NCBI RefSeq assembly: GCF_009914755.1
Contig: NC_060947.1
Strand: one strand, 5' to 3'
DNA: 64,000 nt
Source of the DNA: the human T2T-CHM13v2.0 reference genome, Homo sapiens
Within the stretch, counting starts at the first letter, position 1; each line of letters begins with the position of its first letter. Positions 1 to 28,996 of the stretch are shown here, piece after piece. The notes below the pieces were generated by a model. It was not told the origin of the DNA. It was given only the letters and a program-made list of their open reading frames with translations, and did no database searches. The translations under genes and the position numbers were made by a program.

Positions 1-465
1 ATCATCACCAGAAAGAGGTTCACTGCAAAAGAGATCCTATTCTACCAGGAGGTGCCTAAAGGCAGATAATACTTAATGGAGTATTGGCGCAAAAGAGCAG
101 AAAACTTGAGGTTTTTGATTGCTATTTCTTGTTTGTACTTTAGTTAACCATAGGCAAGTACTCAGAAGCTAATTACCAACCTTTCAAAATGGAAAAGCAA
201 AAAAAAAAAGTAATTGCACGTTGTCCAACTCCATCAATACGCTTGAAAGGAGCCATAGTTGGAAACTGGGAGGGAAGGAATTATTTAGAATCTAGAAGGG
301 AGTCCTTGAAACTGTTTCATGAAAGGTGCCAAACCTTTTATGAAACAAAAGAGCAACATTAATAATAAAAATGACTTGGAAAAAATATCCCCAGAACTCT
401 GCATGCAGATTTAATCAGAGGCAAACTATTCTGGTGCAGATGTTTTGCTTTGAAATATGTAGTGC

Positions 466-735
466 TCGGGAGGCTGAAGCAGGAGAATCGCTTGAACCCG
501 GGAGGCAGGGGTTGCAGTGAGCCGAGATCGCGCCACTGTACTCCTGCCTGACGACAGAGCGAGACACTGTCAAAAAAAAAAGAAAGAAAGAAAGAAAAGA
601 AGAAGAAAGAAAGAAAGAAAGAAGAAAGAAAGAAGAAAGAAAGAAAGAAAGAAAGAAGGAAAGAAAGAAAGAAAGAAAGAAGGAAGGAAAGAAAAAGAAA
701 GAAAGAAAGAAAGAAGAAAGAAAGAAAGAAAGAAA
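466..735 (+). mobile_element. 5'-truncated Alu right arm whose A-tail has become a ~165-bp (GAAA)n-type microsatellite
   Basis: Alu right-arm sequence from ~466 and a purine repeat at 571-735. ATGTAGTGCTC flanks both sides as a TSD (457-467 and 737-747). Confidence 0.88.
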
Positions 736-1377
736 GATGTAGTGCTCTTTTTTATGACAGTTTTTACCCATTGTCATTGTATGTGGTTTTAACATTTTTC
801 CATTATACCTCAATCTAATGACTGTAGTGACCTGGACTTTGTAGTATAAAGTTTTGGATTTTGATATTTGTTTTTTGTATACCACGGTTACCCCCCTTTA
901 AGGGCACCTAGTTTGTTTCTGAGTGCCCCTCCTGCAAGAAACAGGCTCTTCTAATATTTAGTCTTGAATTTGGAGCACTCAGTCAGGCAGAAAAAGAATT
1001 CATGTATCTTGCTAGTTTTTGTGCATGAACTGTTCACGTGGTACCATTAAGTTGCCTTGCGGATCTCAAGAGTTTTGTAACTGAAACAGCAAAGGTCTAA
1101 CCACAAGCTGACATGTACTTGACATAGACATGCAGGGCCCCAGTTCAGGTCAGCTTCAAAAAGAAGTATTATTGGTATTTTAGTAAGAATTCTGCTTTCT
1201 TTTTTCTCTCTCCATCTGAATGCTTAAACAGATATGCCTGTACCCAAACAAAAGACAATGAATCCATCCCAATCATGTGGTAAAAATCCTTTGTTCACAT
1301 GCCAGACACTGGATAAGCTGAAGTGATCTGTATTTATAACCAGCTTGAGAGCTCTCTGTTTGATTCTCAGTATTTAG

Positions 1378-1578
<201 letters not shown>

Positions 1579-1790
1579 TGAAAAATCCTTGTCATGGCTA
1601 GGCAGAGATATAGCCCGAAAGTTACAGTCAGAATTTCTTTTCCTGTAGAGGTGCGACTTTTTGCTCAAAATAAATTGTCAGGGAAAGTAGATTAAATATT
1701 AAATGCACAGATGAATCCTGACCTCCACAGTCTTCTTAGATCTTCCCTAGAAACAATACACAGGTTGGAAATTGCTACAACTAAACTTAA

Positions 1791-2027
<237 letters not shown>

Positions 2028-2648
2028 TAACTGAGTGATTGGTACTTTTGCATACTTCCAAAGCATAATCCTATTTAGCATGTTAAGCTCATCATACTAG
2101 ACTGAAAAACATTTTATTTCAATTTTCTAGAGAGTAAGTTATCTGAAGTCCAAGATGATCTGTTTAGCCTACTTTGTACATTAATTTTTTTACTTCCTGT
2201 TTATTGAAATTCTTCAGATCAGTAGAATGAACTTGGAAAGCCAGTATTTACAACATGCCTAGAAGATCAGTTGATTGTTTTGATGTCTTAAGGATTTTTC
2301 AGATTTTAAACATCTTTTGGCAGCAGAATAAACACTGATAAAAATCGTAGAGCTTTTGAGCTGAAAAGAAATACATAATGTAGAAACCCCTTTCTTAGCA
2401 GGCGGCAGATGATAGGAGTAATCCAGTTTTAAATCTAAGTTAGTCGTAAATGATTGCTAGTTGAATTATAAACTATATGAATAATTGGGTTGGACCATAA
2501 ATATCCAGTCAGGTAATTCCTTTTTATGATAGGAGATAAAACAAAGATAATAGGTGGCTAAGTATATTACTGCAAATCATAAAAATGCTTTTGAAGAATA
2601 CTTGTGAATTACCTTTCACCTGAGATTCCCTCTTTTCTTTTTCAACAG

Positions 2649-2699
2649 ATAACTGGTCTGGGGGTCAAAGGAATTGCTCCCTACTCCTATGCGGGATGA
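2649..2699 (+). CDS. RGN: Regucalcin last coding exon (ITGLGVKGIAPYSYAG-stop)
   Basis: Polypyrimidine tract with AG at 2647-2648. TGA at 2697-2699. Matches the regucalcin C-terminus. Confidence 0.97.
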   Translation: MTGLGVKGIAPYSYAG

Positions 2700-3065
2700 G
2701 GACAGGTCTTCTTTCCTGCCAGAGGGAGCTCTGAAGACAACTAGAGAATTCTGGGCCTGAAATTTCAATCTAGTTAGAAAGAAAAATGAGGCAATGATTT
2801 TATTAACAGCGTTAAGTTTTAATTTACAACTTTTAAAAGGCAGAGCATTTTTAACAAGGGGTGACAGGTGGTTTTGATAACACACTTATAAGGCTTTCTG
2901 TAAAAGGTACTATAGAAGGGCGAAGAATCGTTCAACTGTCAATCAGCCTCTTGATTCTTTGTAAATTGCCAGGGTGGGTGGGTACATATCTCTTCTTGAT
3001 TCTGCATTTCATACTTAACTATATTAAAGCTTCAAGGAACAATAAATAGTAACCTGGTAATGACC
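2700..3065 (+). terminator. RGN: RGN 3' UTR with polyadenylation signal
   Basis: AATAAA at 3041-3046 (also ATTAAA at 3023-3028), followed by T-rich sequence. Cleavage site approximate. Confidence 0.8.
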
Positions 3066-3269
3066 TATTATGTTCCTTTTTATTTTCATCACAATCTTAT
3101 AAAATATACCACAATGCTAACTAACCTACATAGATATTTCATCTCCTATATGTTATTTTACAAACTAAAATACGGCTGGAGGGTTAGACTCAAACATGCT
3201 GTCAAAATCCATGGTTCCAGCTGCCACCTACTGGATGTAAAAGTAATATGTCTCTTTGGAAAGAATACT

Positions 3270-8560
<5,291 letters not shown>

Positions 8561-9399
8561 CAGCTCACAGTCTTTGGTATGTAAATCAGGATCCAATCCA
8601 TGCACATGAGGTCAGGAGCTGGGGAAAGCAATGTCATAAAGTTGTTTATGAATTCCTGGGCTCAACCCTAACCTACAAAGGCCATTTCATTGGAGCTCTC
8701 CAAGGTACCAGGTGGATATGATGGTCCAGGCTGGCCTCCTCCTCCCCATCCCCAACCCTCACTGTGGCCTACTAGTTGTCTGATCTCTACTTGGTTCTTT
8801 TTCATCCCCATTTCTCAAAAGAGGGTATTGAGAGAGCAACAGGGCTGGCACAGGGAGGTTCCCAAGGCTCCAAAGAGAGTATAGAGGTCTTTATTGAAGA
8901 CCCTCAGAAGACCAGGGATGATCCGAAGCCTAAAATAGGGAACCGTCCCCCACCGCAACAGAACTGGCTAGCCTCCTAACCCAGTCACTTCCAGCCCATT
9001 TCTCAATCAAGGTAGAGGGGAGAGGAGTGGAATGGTTCCAGGGAGCTCCAGGGGCCACAGTGGTGTGTTCTGAGAAGTCTGAGGAGGAGATCACCAGGAA
9101 TTACAGGTAATCCAAGGCCCCCAGTGTGGCTCTCTTGCCCTCTCTGGAACTCCTGGACCTGGGAACTCAATCTATTGGGGCACAGGCTCTAGCTCCACTC
9201 CCCAGTGGTGGAAGCCTCCGCCCTGACAAACATTAAAGCCCAGCACTATCTGAGTCTTTTTTGGCCAATTATCTAAATGGACATCTAGTCAACCAAACTT
9301 CTAAAAGGAACAGTTGGTTGAATCAAGACATCTGGTCAACCTGTGAACCCAGACTTATGGTCAACCCCCAAATCAGAACATCTTGTCAAATCACAAAGC

Positions 9400-9878
9400 A
9401 GGCCATTTGGTCAATCTGACTTACCAAAAGGCAATGCGCCGTGGTTCCTGAGGGTCCCTGCACATTTGTGCTAGGCATGCCAAGAATGCGAGTCCCTGAC
9501 CACTCTTTACAGAGGCAGTGGCTCAATGAGCTCCCTTGAGAAATCAGGTAATATCTCCTTCCAGACAAAAGCAGAGCTTGTCACTGCTCATTATAAAAGC
9601 AATGAATCCACCACATTCAGTGTACCTCTCCTATAACACAACCCCACTATGTGCGCACACATGCATCTAGGCCCACCTGCATACCCCTCTGAGACCTGGG
9701 GGCATGGCAAACCAGCCCAAACATCATGCTGATACTCTGGCTACTGCTTTTGCTGTGAATAGTATAATCCTTTATCTCTGACCAAGGAATCTCTTGTCTT
9801 CTGCTTGCCTCCATGATATAAGACATCTTGTTGGCTTGAAAATAGGGTAAAACCTCAATCCCTTTACAGTTCTAGACA
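9400..9878 (+). mobile_element. ERVL-class LTR (LTR40-like)
   Basis: Its 3' end (tcctttatctctgaccaaggaatctcttgtcttctg...gggtaaaacctcaatccctttacagttctagaca) is homologous to the reverse complement of 34742-34850. The 5' boundary is uncertain. Confidence 0.6.
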
Positions 9879-9894
9879 TTGATTCTCACCCATC

Positions 9895-10320
9895 AGACAC
9901 TGAGTTTAGGGTCCTCAGGCAGGCACTAACACCAGACTCCTCACACCAGACACTAAGTCCTGCCTTCCCCCTGCCAGATACTATGTCGCCTACTACTAGG
10001 TCCCCAATTCCCCCTTCAGAAGCTAACTCCACATTAATAGCTCTAGGACCTAAGTCCTACTTTATGCTTCAAGGCTGAGTCTTGACCTATCTTGCCAGAA
10101 AGCAAGTCGGGATCTCTGCCTCCAGAGGATAAGTCCCAATTTATGCCACCAGCACTAGGTTCCCCGAATCCCCCTCCAGGGACCAACTCTCCTCCACTGC
10201 CCCTACAGATGCTAAATTCTGATTTCAGCTCCCAAGTCTAAGTCCCCACTTCATAGTCCTGATAGGAAGTCTCTAATTTTCTCTGCAGAGGCTAAGTCCC
10301 AACTGTCATAAGCATTCACT
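9895..10320. repeat. Degenerate ~27-bp tandem array with a CTAAGTCC-like core
   Basis: Core variants near 10023, 10050, 10075, 10102, 10129, 10155, 10184, 10212, 10238, 10266 and 10292. Confidence 0.65.
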
Positions 10321-10610
10321 GAAGCTGTCTTACCATTCGACCTCAGCCTGGGGATTTTGTGACCCCATTTCTCATGCAGGGGAGAAAGGAGAAGAGAGGG
10401 ATTGACAGAGGTAGCCCTGGAGACTTCCACAGAGGATGCAGAGTCCTTTTAGAACAGACCTAAGGGAGGCTGGGCACAGTGACTCAACGCCTGTAATCCC
10501 AGCACTTTGGGAGGCTGAGGCAGGCAGATCACCTGAGGTCAGGAGTTTGAGACCAGCCTGGCCAACATGGTGAAACTCCATCTCTACTAAAAATACAAAA
10601 AAATTAGCTA

Positions 10611-10751
<141 letters not shown>

Positions 10752-12048
10752 TCAAAAAAAAAAAAAGAAAGAAAAAGAACAGACCTAAGGGAAAGCAGGA
10801 ACAATAAGAACTCTGAGCAGGGATCCCCAGCCCTCTGTGTCTGTCTGGTCTTTAGATAATAACCCAGGCACCTGGTGGCCCTATTTCTTGGGTAAAGGAG
10901 TTTGGAGGGCAGCAAGACTGACATGGGAAAATCCCCAGGCGCTAACACTAAGGGTGCCCAGTCCCTTTAGGGAGGACCCACTGGGGAACAGAAGCAAAGC
11001 CAAACACCAGTACATGCTTTCCCAACACAGGTGGCTAGACATACAACCTGACTCGGGCACTTAGTGGCCCCATCTCTTGGGCAGGGAAGAAAAGAATTGG
11101 GGAGAATGGCACAGATCAGCACTGGGGTTCTCCGTGGTGAGTGCAGTGGCCTTTCAGGAGGGGCACTACAGGAACTGAGGGCATCTGATATCCCAAGAAG
11201 CCTCCCTACCCACTCCATGCAGCCAGCCGGCTTTCCAATAACTACCAGGGACTTACGGCCCAGTTTATCACATGGAAGAGGCTGAAGAGTGATGGAACCC
11301 CATGGGATGACCCCAGTGGCCACTGTGAGGGGGGAAGGGAACTTTCAGGGAGACCTTCTGTGGAACAAGGGCTCTTTGAAAACCCATCTGGGCTCCATCC
11401 TCTCCAGCCAATTGGCCACCTGCAATCGTCCTGGTCACTCTCTCACACCATGGTCTGGAAGCCAGATTGACTTGCTCAGCCCCCAGGGGCTTCTGCATAA
11501 AGTGCAAAGGCCTTTCTGAAGGTCCCCTCCAGATACCTATCTCTAGGTGTACAAAAGCCCCAGATCAAGCTCCTCACACCTCAGGAGGCTGTTTTGGGGT
11601 TTTTTGTTTGTTTGTTTCGATATAAGGTCTTGCTCTGTTGCCTAGGCTGGAGTACAGTAGTACAATCTCAGCTCACTGCAGCCTCAAATTCCTGGCCTTA
11701 AGCGACCCTCCCGAGTAGCTGGGACTACAAGCACACACCATCATGCCCAGCTAATTTTTATATTTTTTATAGAGATGTGGTCTTTTCATGTTGCCCAGGC
11801 TGGTCTTGAGATCCTGGCCTCAAATGATCCTCCTGCCTCGGCCTCTTAAAGTGCTGGGATTACAGGTATGAGCCACTGCACCCGGCCAAGACTAACTGTG
11901 TGACCCCCACCCCATGGCTTTCCAGCTCCAGCTCTCAGCAGGTGAGGTCAGAGAGAAGTAGGACAGGCTTGCTGGTCCTTTCGAGGCTCCCATGGAGAAC
12001 AGGCATGCTGGGCTCCCAGGCTCCTTCCTCAGCAATCAGCAGGACTAG

Positions 12049-12321
<273 letters not shown>

Positions 12322-13152
12322 TGATCTGCCTGCCTCGGCCTCCCAAACTGTTGGGATTACAGACATGAGCCACCATGCCCAGCCAAATTTTTATATTTTT
12401 AGTAGAGATGGGGTTTCACCATGTTGGCCAGGCTGGTCTTGAACTCCTGACCTGAGGTGATCCACCCACCTTGGCCTCCCAAAGTGCTGGGATTACAGGC
12501 GTGAGCCACTGCGGCCAGCCAAGAGGCCTTTCTGAGGGATGACCCAACATCCAGGGCTGGTCCCTACCTCTAGACCAAGCTCCTCCAACTGCAGCAGGTT
12601 AAGCATGCTATTTCAAGCCAGCCTTTACTCAGCTGGGAGAAATCAGATAGCAGCTAGAATGACTTCATGAACACCTGAAGGCCTCCACAGTGAAGAAAGA
12701 AGCCTTTTAGGAGGGACTACAGCAGACCAGGTTGGGGGTGGGGGCATCCATCACTGCATACTGTGCTTCCCTGTATGTAGATAGCTTGCTATTTCGCATA
12801 GTCCCAGTTGTCTCCAATCCCCATTCATAACATGGGGACATCAGAGAGGAGCGAGACCAGCACCAGAAGGTCCCACGGATCTGTGCAGAGGGTGCAGAAG
12901 CTGTTTGTGAGGGACATCTCTGGGAAGTCCATAACAGCCAACACAGAGTTCAGAGGCCTTTTAGAAGAGGTCTTCCATGGACCGGGCACAGTGGCTCACG
13001 CCTATAATCCCAGCACTTTGGGTAGGCCGAGGCGGGCAGATCACCTGAGGGCAGGAGTTCAAGACCAGCCTGGCCAACATAGTGAAACCCCATCTCTACT
13101 AAAAATACAAAAATTAACCAGGCGTGGTGGCACATGCCTGTAATCCCAACTA

Positions 13153-13260
<108 letters not shown>

Positions 13261-13374
13261 TCAAAAAAAAAAGAAGAGGTCTTCCTTGGAATGGAACGAG
13301 GGTGATCCAAATCCCCTGGATATGCTCCTCCAATCCCAGCTGCAGTCAGCTAGTTAACCAACCTCAAGTAGGGA

Positions 13375-17040
<3,666 letters not shown>

Positions 17041-17699
17041 ATTTGATTGTCCCAAAGATGGACAGGGATCAGATTTACCCTCCCACCTGAAACAACCAAA
17101 TAAACCAAAAAAAAAATAAAATACATGAAACAACAGGTTTTGAACAATGGACAGCAGGCAACCAAGGGCTGAGAGATGGGAAACAAATGAGATGAAGAGT
17201 TACCATTCCCCAGTTTACTGCCTTTTTTTTTTTTTTTTTTGAGACAGGGTCTCGCTATGTTGCCCAGGCTGGAGTGCATGTGGCATGATCACGGCTCACT
17301 GCAGCCTCGACCTCCTAGGCTCAAGGGATCCTCCTGCCTCAGCTTCCCGAGTAGCTGGGACTAAAGGGGTGCACCATCATATGCAGCTAATTTTTTTATT
17401 TAATTTTTAGTAGAGACAGCATCTCCCTGTGTTGCTCAGGCTGATCTCAAACTCCTGGGCTCAAGTGATCCTCCTGCCTTTGTCTCCCAAAGTGCTAGGA
17501 TTTAGAGGCGTGAGCCACCACACCCGGAAGACCAGTTTGCCCCCTTGAGAAAGTGTTCAGGCTATGGCACAAGATGGGAGAACTGAGGTAGAGCCCACCT
17601 GACTCCCTGAGTTGAGGATTTGGAGCTAAGACTTCTGGGAGATCAAAATAGCTAGAGTTGATAGAACAGCGTACCAGAAAGCAAAAAGCTACACAAAGA

Positions 17700-18155
17700 G
17701 TGTGATGGTTAATTTTATATGTCAACCTGGCTAGGCCTTGGAACCCAGATATTTGGTGAAACATTATTCTAGATGTTTCTATGAAGGTAGTTTTTAAATG
17801 AGATTCACATTGAATCAGTAGACTTTGAGTAAAGCAGATTACCCTCCATAATGCACACGGGCCTCATCCTATCAGCTGAAGACCTTAATAGAAAAAGACT
17901 GATCTCCCCAGAAGAGGGAATTCTGCCAGGAGACTGCCTTCAGACTCACACTAAAGCATCAATGCTTCCCTGGGTCTCCAGCTTGCTGGTCTACCTTGAA
18001 GATTTTGAACTTTGCCAGCCTCCACAATCATGTGAGCCAATTCCTTAAAATCTTTGGGGATGGATAGATAGATAGATAGGTAGGTAGATAGGTAGATATA
18101 GATACATATATCCTAATATATCCCATTGGTGCTGTTTCTCTGGAGAACCCTAATA
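17700..18155. mobile_element. MLT2-type (ERVL) LTR containing a (GATA)n tract
   Basis: Starts tgtgatggttaattttatatgtcaac and ends ...gtttctctggagaaccctaat, which are typical MLT2 termini. Confidence 0.75.
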
Positions 18156-19086
18156 GACAGAGAACCCTGGAGATCTGAAGAGCATACCCTTCAGTATTCA
18201 AAAGAGTACTTACTGATCAGTATATGCGTGTGAGGAAACTGCCTGGGGCCAGGGAGAGAACACCTGAAAGGATTAGAGGGAATAGTGCCTCATGCTCACA
18301 CAGAGCCAGTAATAGTGCCTGCTCCCACCAGTCAGATTGGAAAAAACGCATAATTTATGAGGTATTGGGTAGAGTCCTCAGGAAGTTCTTTTCTCAGTTG
18401 TGGAGAATAATTAGCCCTACACAAAGCACTGCTCGACTCCATCAAACAGATCATAAAAGCTAGACCTTAAAGGATAAAAATATTTCCAAGGAAACTTAAC
18501 TGCAACTCAACAAAGTTCAAGAAGATTTATATTGAATACAAAAATATCCAGCACCCAAAAAGAAAAAAAAAAATCACAATGTTTGACATCCAATCAAAAC
18601 TTAATAGGGCCGGGTGCAGTGGCTCACGCCTGTAATCTCAGCACTTTGGAAGGCCGAGGTGGGTGGATCACCTGAGGTCAGAAGTTCAAGACCAGACTGT
18701 CCAAAATGGTGAAACCCTGTCTCTACTAAAAATACAAAAAAATTAGCCAGGTGTGGTGGCGCATTCCTGTAATCCCAGCTACTCGGGAGGCTGAGGAGAA
18801 TCGCTTGAACATGGGAGGCGGCCACATCAGTGAGCCGAGATGGCGCCACTGCACTCCAACCTGGGCGACAGAGTGAGACTCCGTCTCAAAAAAAAAAAAG
18901 AAAAGAAAAACTTAATGGGGCCAGGCACAATGGCTCATGCCTCTAACCCAGTACTTTAGAAGGCTGAGGAAGGTGGATTATTTGAGGCCAGGAGTTCCAG
19001 AGCAGCCTGGGCAACATAGCAAGACCCTGTCTCTACAAAAAATTCAAAAATTAGCTAGGTGTGGTGGCGCATGCCTGTAGTCCTAG

Positions 19087-21303
19087 TGTGTCCGGAATTG
19101 GTGGTTTCTTGGTCTCACTGACTTCAAGAATGAAGCCGCAGACCCTCGCGGTGAGTGTTACAGCTCTTAAGGTGGCGCGTCTGGAGTTTGTTCCTTCTGA
19201 TGTTCGGATGTGTTCGGAGTTTCTTCCTTCTGGTGGGTTCGTGGTCTCGCTGGCTCAGGAGTGAAGCTGCAGACCTTCGTGGTGAGTGTTACAGCTCTTA
19301 AGGCGGTGCTTCTGGAGTTGTTCATTCCTCCCGGTGGGCTTGTGGTCTCGCTGGCTTCAGGAGTGAAGCTGCAGACCCTCGTGGTGAGTGTTACAGCTCA
19401 TAAAAGCAGTGTGGACCCAAAGAGTGAGCAGTAGCAAGATTTATTGCAAAGAGCGAAAGATCCAAGCTTCCACAGTGTAGAAGGGGACCCGAGCAGGTTG
19501 CCACTGCTGGCTCGGGCAGCCTACTTTTATTCTCTTATCTGGCCCCACCCACATCCTGCTGATTGGTAGAGCCGAGTGGTCTGTTTTGACAGGGCGCTGA
19601 CTGGTGCGTTTACAATCCCTGAGCTAGACACAAAGGTTCTCCACGTCCCCACCAGATTAGCTAGATACAGAGTGTGGACACAAAGGTTCTCCAAGGCCCC
19701 ACCAGAGTAGCTAGATACAGAGTGTCGATTGCTGTATTTACAATCCCCGGGCTAGACATAAAGGTTCTCCAAGGTCCCACCAGAGTAGCTAGATACAGAG
19801 TGTCGATTGCTGTATTTACAATCCCCGGGCTAGACATAAAGGTTCTCCAAGGCCCCACCAGAGTAGCTAGATACAGAGTGTCGATTGCTGTATTTACAAT
19901 CCCTGGGCTAGACATAAAGTTTCTCCAAGGCCCCACCAGAGTAGCTAGATACAGAGTGTCAATTGGTGCATTCACAAACCCCAAGCTAGACATAAAGGTT
20001 CTCCAAGGCCCCACCAGAGTAGCTAGATACAGAGTATCGATTGCTGTATTTACAATCCCCGGGCTAGACATAAAGGTTCTCCAAGGCCCCACCAGAGTAG
20101 CTAGATACAGAGTGTCGATTGCTGTATTTACAATCCCTGGGCTAGACATAAAGGTTCTCCAAGGCCCCACCAGAGTAGCTAGATACAGAGTGTCGATTGC
20201 TGTATTTACAATCCCTGGGCTAGACATAAAGGTTCTCCAAGGCCCCACCAGAGTAGCTAGATACAGAGTGTCGATTGCTGTATTTACAATTCCTGGGCTA
20301 GACATAAAGGTTCTCCAAGGCCCCACCAGAGTAGCTAGATACAGAGTGTCGATTGGTGCTTTCACAAACCCTGAGCTAGGCATAAAGGTTCTCCAAGGCC
20401 CCACCAGAGTAGCTAGATACAGAGTGTCGATTGCTGTATTTACAATCCCTGGGCTAGACATAAAGGTTCTCCAAGGCCCCACCAGAGTAGCTAGATACAG
20501 AGTGTCGATTGGTGCTTTCACAAACCCTGAGCTAGACACAGCTAGGGTGCTGATGGTGTATTTACAAACCTTGAGCTAGATACAGAGTGCCGATTGGTGT
20601 ATTTACAATCCCTGAGCTAGATATAAAGGTTCTCCACGTCCCCACCAGACTCAGGAGCCCAGCTGGCTTCACCCAGTGGATCCCGCACCTGGGCTGCAGG
20701 TGGAGCTGCCTGCCAGTCCCGCGCCGTGCGCCCGCACTCCTCAGCCCTTGTGTGGTCGATGGGACTGGGCGCCATGGAGCAGGGGGCGGTGCTCATCGGG
20801 GAGGTTCTGGCCTCACAGGAGCCCATGGAGGGGGTGGGAGGCTGAGGTATGGTGGGCTGCAGGTCCCGAGCCCTGCCCTGCGGGAAGGCAGCTAAGGCCC
20901 GGCGAAAAATCGAGCGCAGCACTGGTTGGCTGGCACTGCTGGGGGACCCAGTACACCCTCCACAGCCACTAGCCCGGGTGCTAAGCCCCTCATTGCCCGG
21001 GGCCGGCAGGGCCAGCCGGCTGCTCCGAGTGCGGGGCCCGCCAAGCCCACGCCCACCCAGAACTCCAGCTGGCCCGCAAGCGCCACGCGCAGCCCCGGTT
21101 CCCGCTCACGCCTCTCCCTCCACACCTCCCCGCAAGCTGAGCGAGCCGGCTCTGGCCTTGGCCAGCCCAGAAAGGGGCTCCCACAGTGCAGCGGTGGGCT
21201 GAAGGGCTCCTCAAGTGCTGCCAAAGTGGGAGCCCAGGCAGAGGAGGCGCCAAGAGCGAGCGAGCGAGGGCTGTGAGGACTGCCAGCACGCTGTCACCTC
21301 TCA
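19087..21303 (-). mobile_element. Solo LTR12C (ERV9) inserted inside an older Alu
   Basis: The reverse strand starts TGAGAGGTGACAGCGTGCTGGCAG and ends ...CCAATTCCGGACACA. 4-bp TSD CTAG at 19083-19086 and 21304-21307. Alu sequence stops at 19086 and resumes at 21304. Confidence 0.95.
19677..20534. repeat. 78-bp tandem repeat, 11 near-identical copies, inside LTR12C U3
   Basis: The unit translates as a 26-aa repeat (DIKVLQGPTRVARYRVSIAVFTIPGL) in ORF 19674..20579. 11 units counted. Confidence 0.95.
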
Positions 21304-21539
21304 CTAGGTATTCTAGAGGCTATTTGGGAGGATTGCTGGAACTCAGTAGTTCAAGGAGGCAATGAGCTATGATGGCATCACTGCACTCCAGCCTGAGTGA
21401 CAGAGCTGACCCTGTCTCTAAAAACAAACAAACAAACAAAAAACTTACTAGTCAGGCCGGGCATGGTGGCTCACGCCTGTAATCCCAGCACTTTGGGAGG
21501 CCAAGGCAGGTGGATCATGAGGTCAGGAGTTCAAGACTA

Positions 21540-21834
<295 letters not shown>

Positions 21835-21974
21835 TTAGCAGATAAGGACATTAAGAGTTATTAAAGCTATGTTCCACAAGTTCATAAGAGTTCAACAAGA
21901 GACATAGAAGATATAAAAATGACCCAATGGTGCAACATTTTTAAAAGAATGAATTTTAAAAACTGTCAACCTAG

Positions 21975-27140
<5,166 letters not shown>

Positions 27141-27360
27141 AGCATCGAGACCCCCATCTCTACAAAAGCATAAAATAATTAGCCAGGTGTGGTAGCACAT
27201 GCCTGTAGTCACAGCTATTTGGAGACTGAGGAAGGAGAATTGCTTTAGTTCAGGAGGTTGAAGCTACAGTGAGCCACACTATAAGAAATGTTACAGAAGC
27301 CGGGCGCGGTGGCTCATGCCTGTAATCCCAGCACTTTGGGAGGCCGAGGCAGGCGGATCA

Positions 27361-27609
<249 letters not shown>

Positions 27610-28498
27610 TTACAGAAATGCATCAAGCAAAAGGAAAATTCTCCAGTTGTAAATAAATAAATGGTAATTATATGGATAAATATATGTATTTTCTATTATT
27701 TAAATATTTTTAAAATATAATTGGCTCCTTAAGATTTACAACATATATAAAAGTGGAACGCATTAACTAATAGCATAAAGGCTAAAAGGAGAGAGATAAA
27801 AGTATAATATTGTAAGGTTTTTTTATACTACACATGAAGTGATATACCCCTTGAAAGTGGACTCTGATAAGTTAACAATGTATACTATAAACCCTATATG
27901 TATAAATATAGTAACAATATATACTATATAGTATAACAATGTATACTATATAAGGCAACCACTAAAGCAAAAAACAAAGACTTATAGCTTATTAGACAAC
28001 AAAAGACATGAAATAGAATCATAAATGTATTTAATTGATCCAAAAGAACACAGAAAAAAATTAAATTTGGAACAAAGAACAGACGGGACAAATAGAAAAC
28101 AAATAGGAAGGTGATAGAATCAAATCTAACTACCACATCAATATGACATTAAATATAAGTGGTTTAAACACTCCAATACAAAGGCAGACATTGCCAGATT
28201 GGATAAAAAAGCAAGACCAATCTCCATGCCCCCTACAAGGAATGCACTTCAAATACAAAGACGCTAATTAAAAAAAGTAAAAGGATAGAAAAAATATATC
28301 ATGCTCATATTTTCAAAAAACTTGGAGTGACTATTAATATTGAAAAAGGTCAATTTCAGGGATAAAGAAAGTCAAGAAGATATTAAGAGCCTTAACATTT
28401 ATAGCCTGAAAACAGAGCTCAAAATGCATGAAGCAAAAACTGATAGAACTGCAAGAAGATATAGACAAACCCACAATCATAGTTGGAGCTTTCAATAA

Positions 28499-28996
<498 letters not shown>

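Noticed and set aside
415-885. K/E/R-rich and F/S/L-rich ORFs (also 34119-34563 and 15868-16059)
   Set aside because: They are translations of (GAAA)n purine tracts and Alu ends.
19661-20579. 292-aa and 301-aa repeat ORFs on opposite strands as protein genes
   Set aside because: Both arise from a stop-free 78-bp unit (a multiple of 3) within LTR12C. The plus-strand ORF starts at GTG, and there is no splice or homology support.
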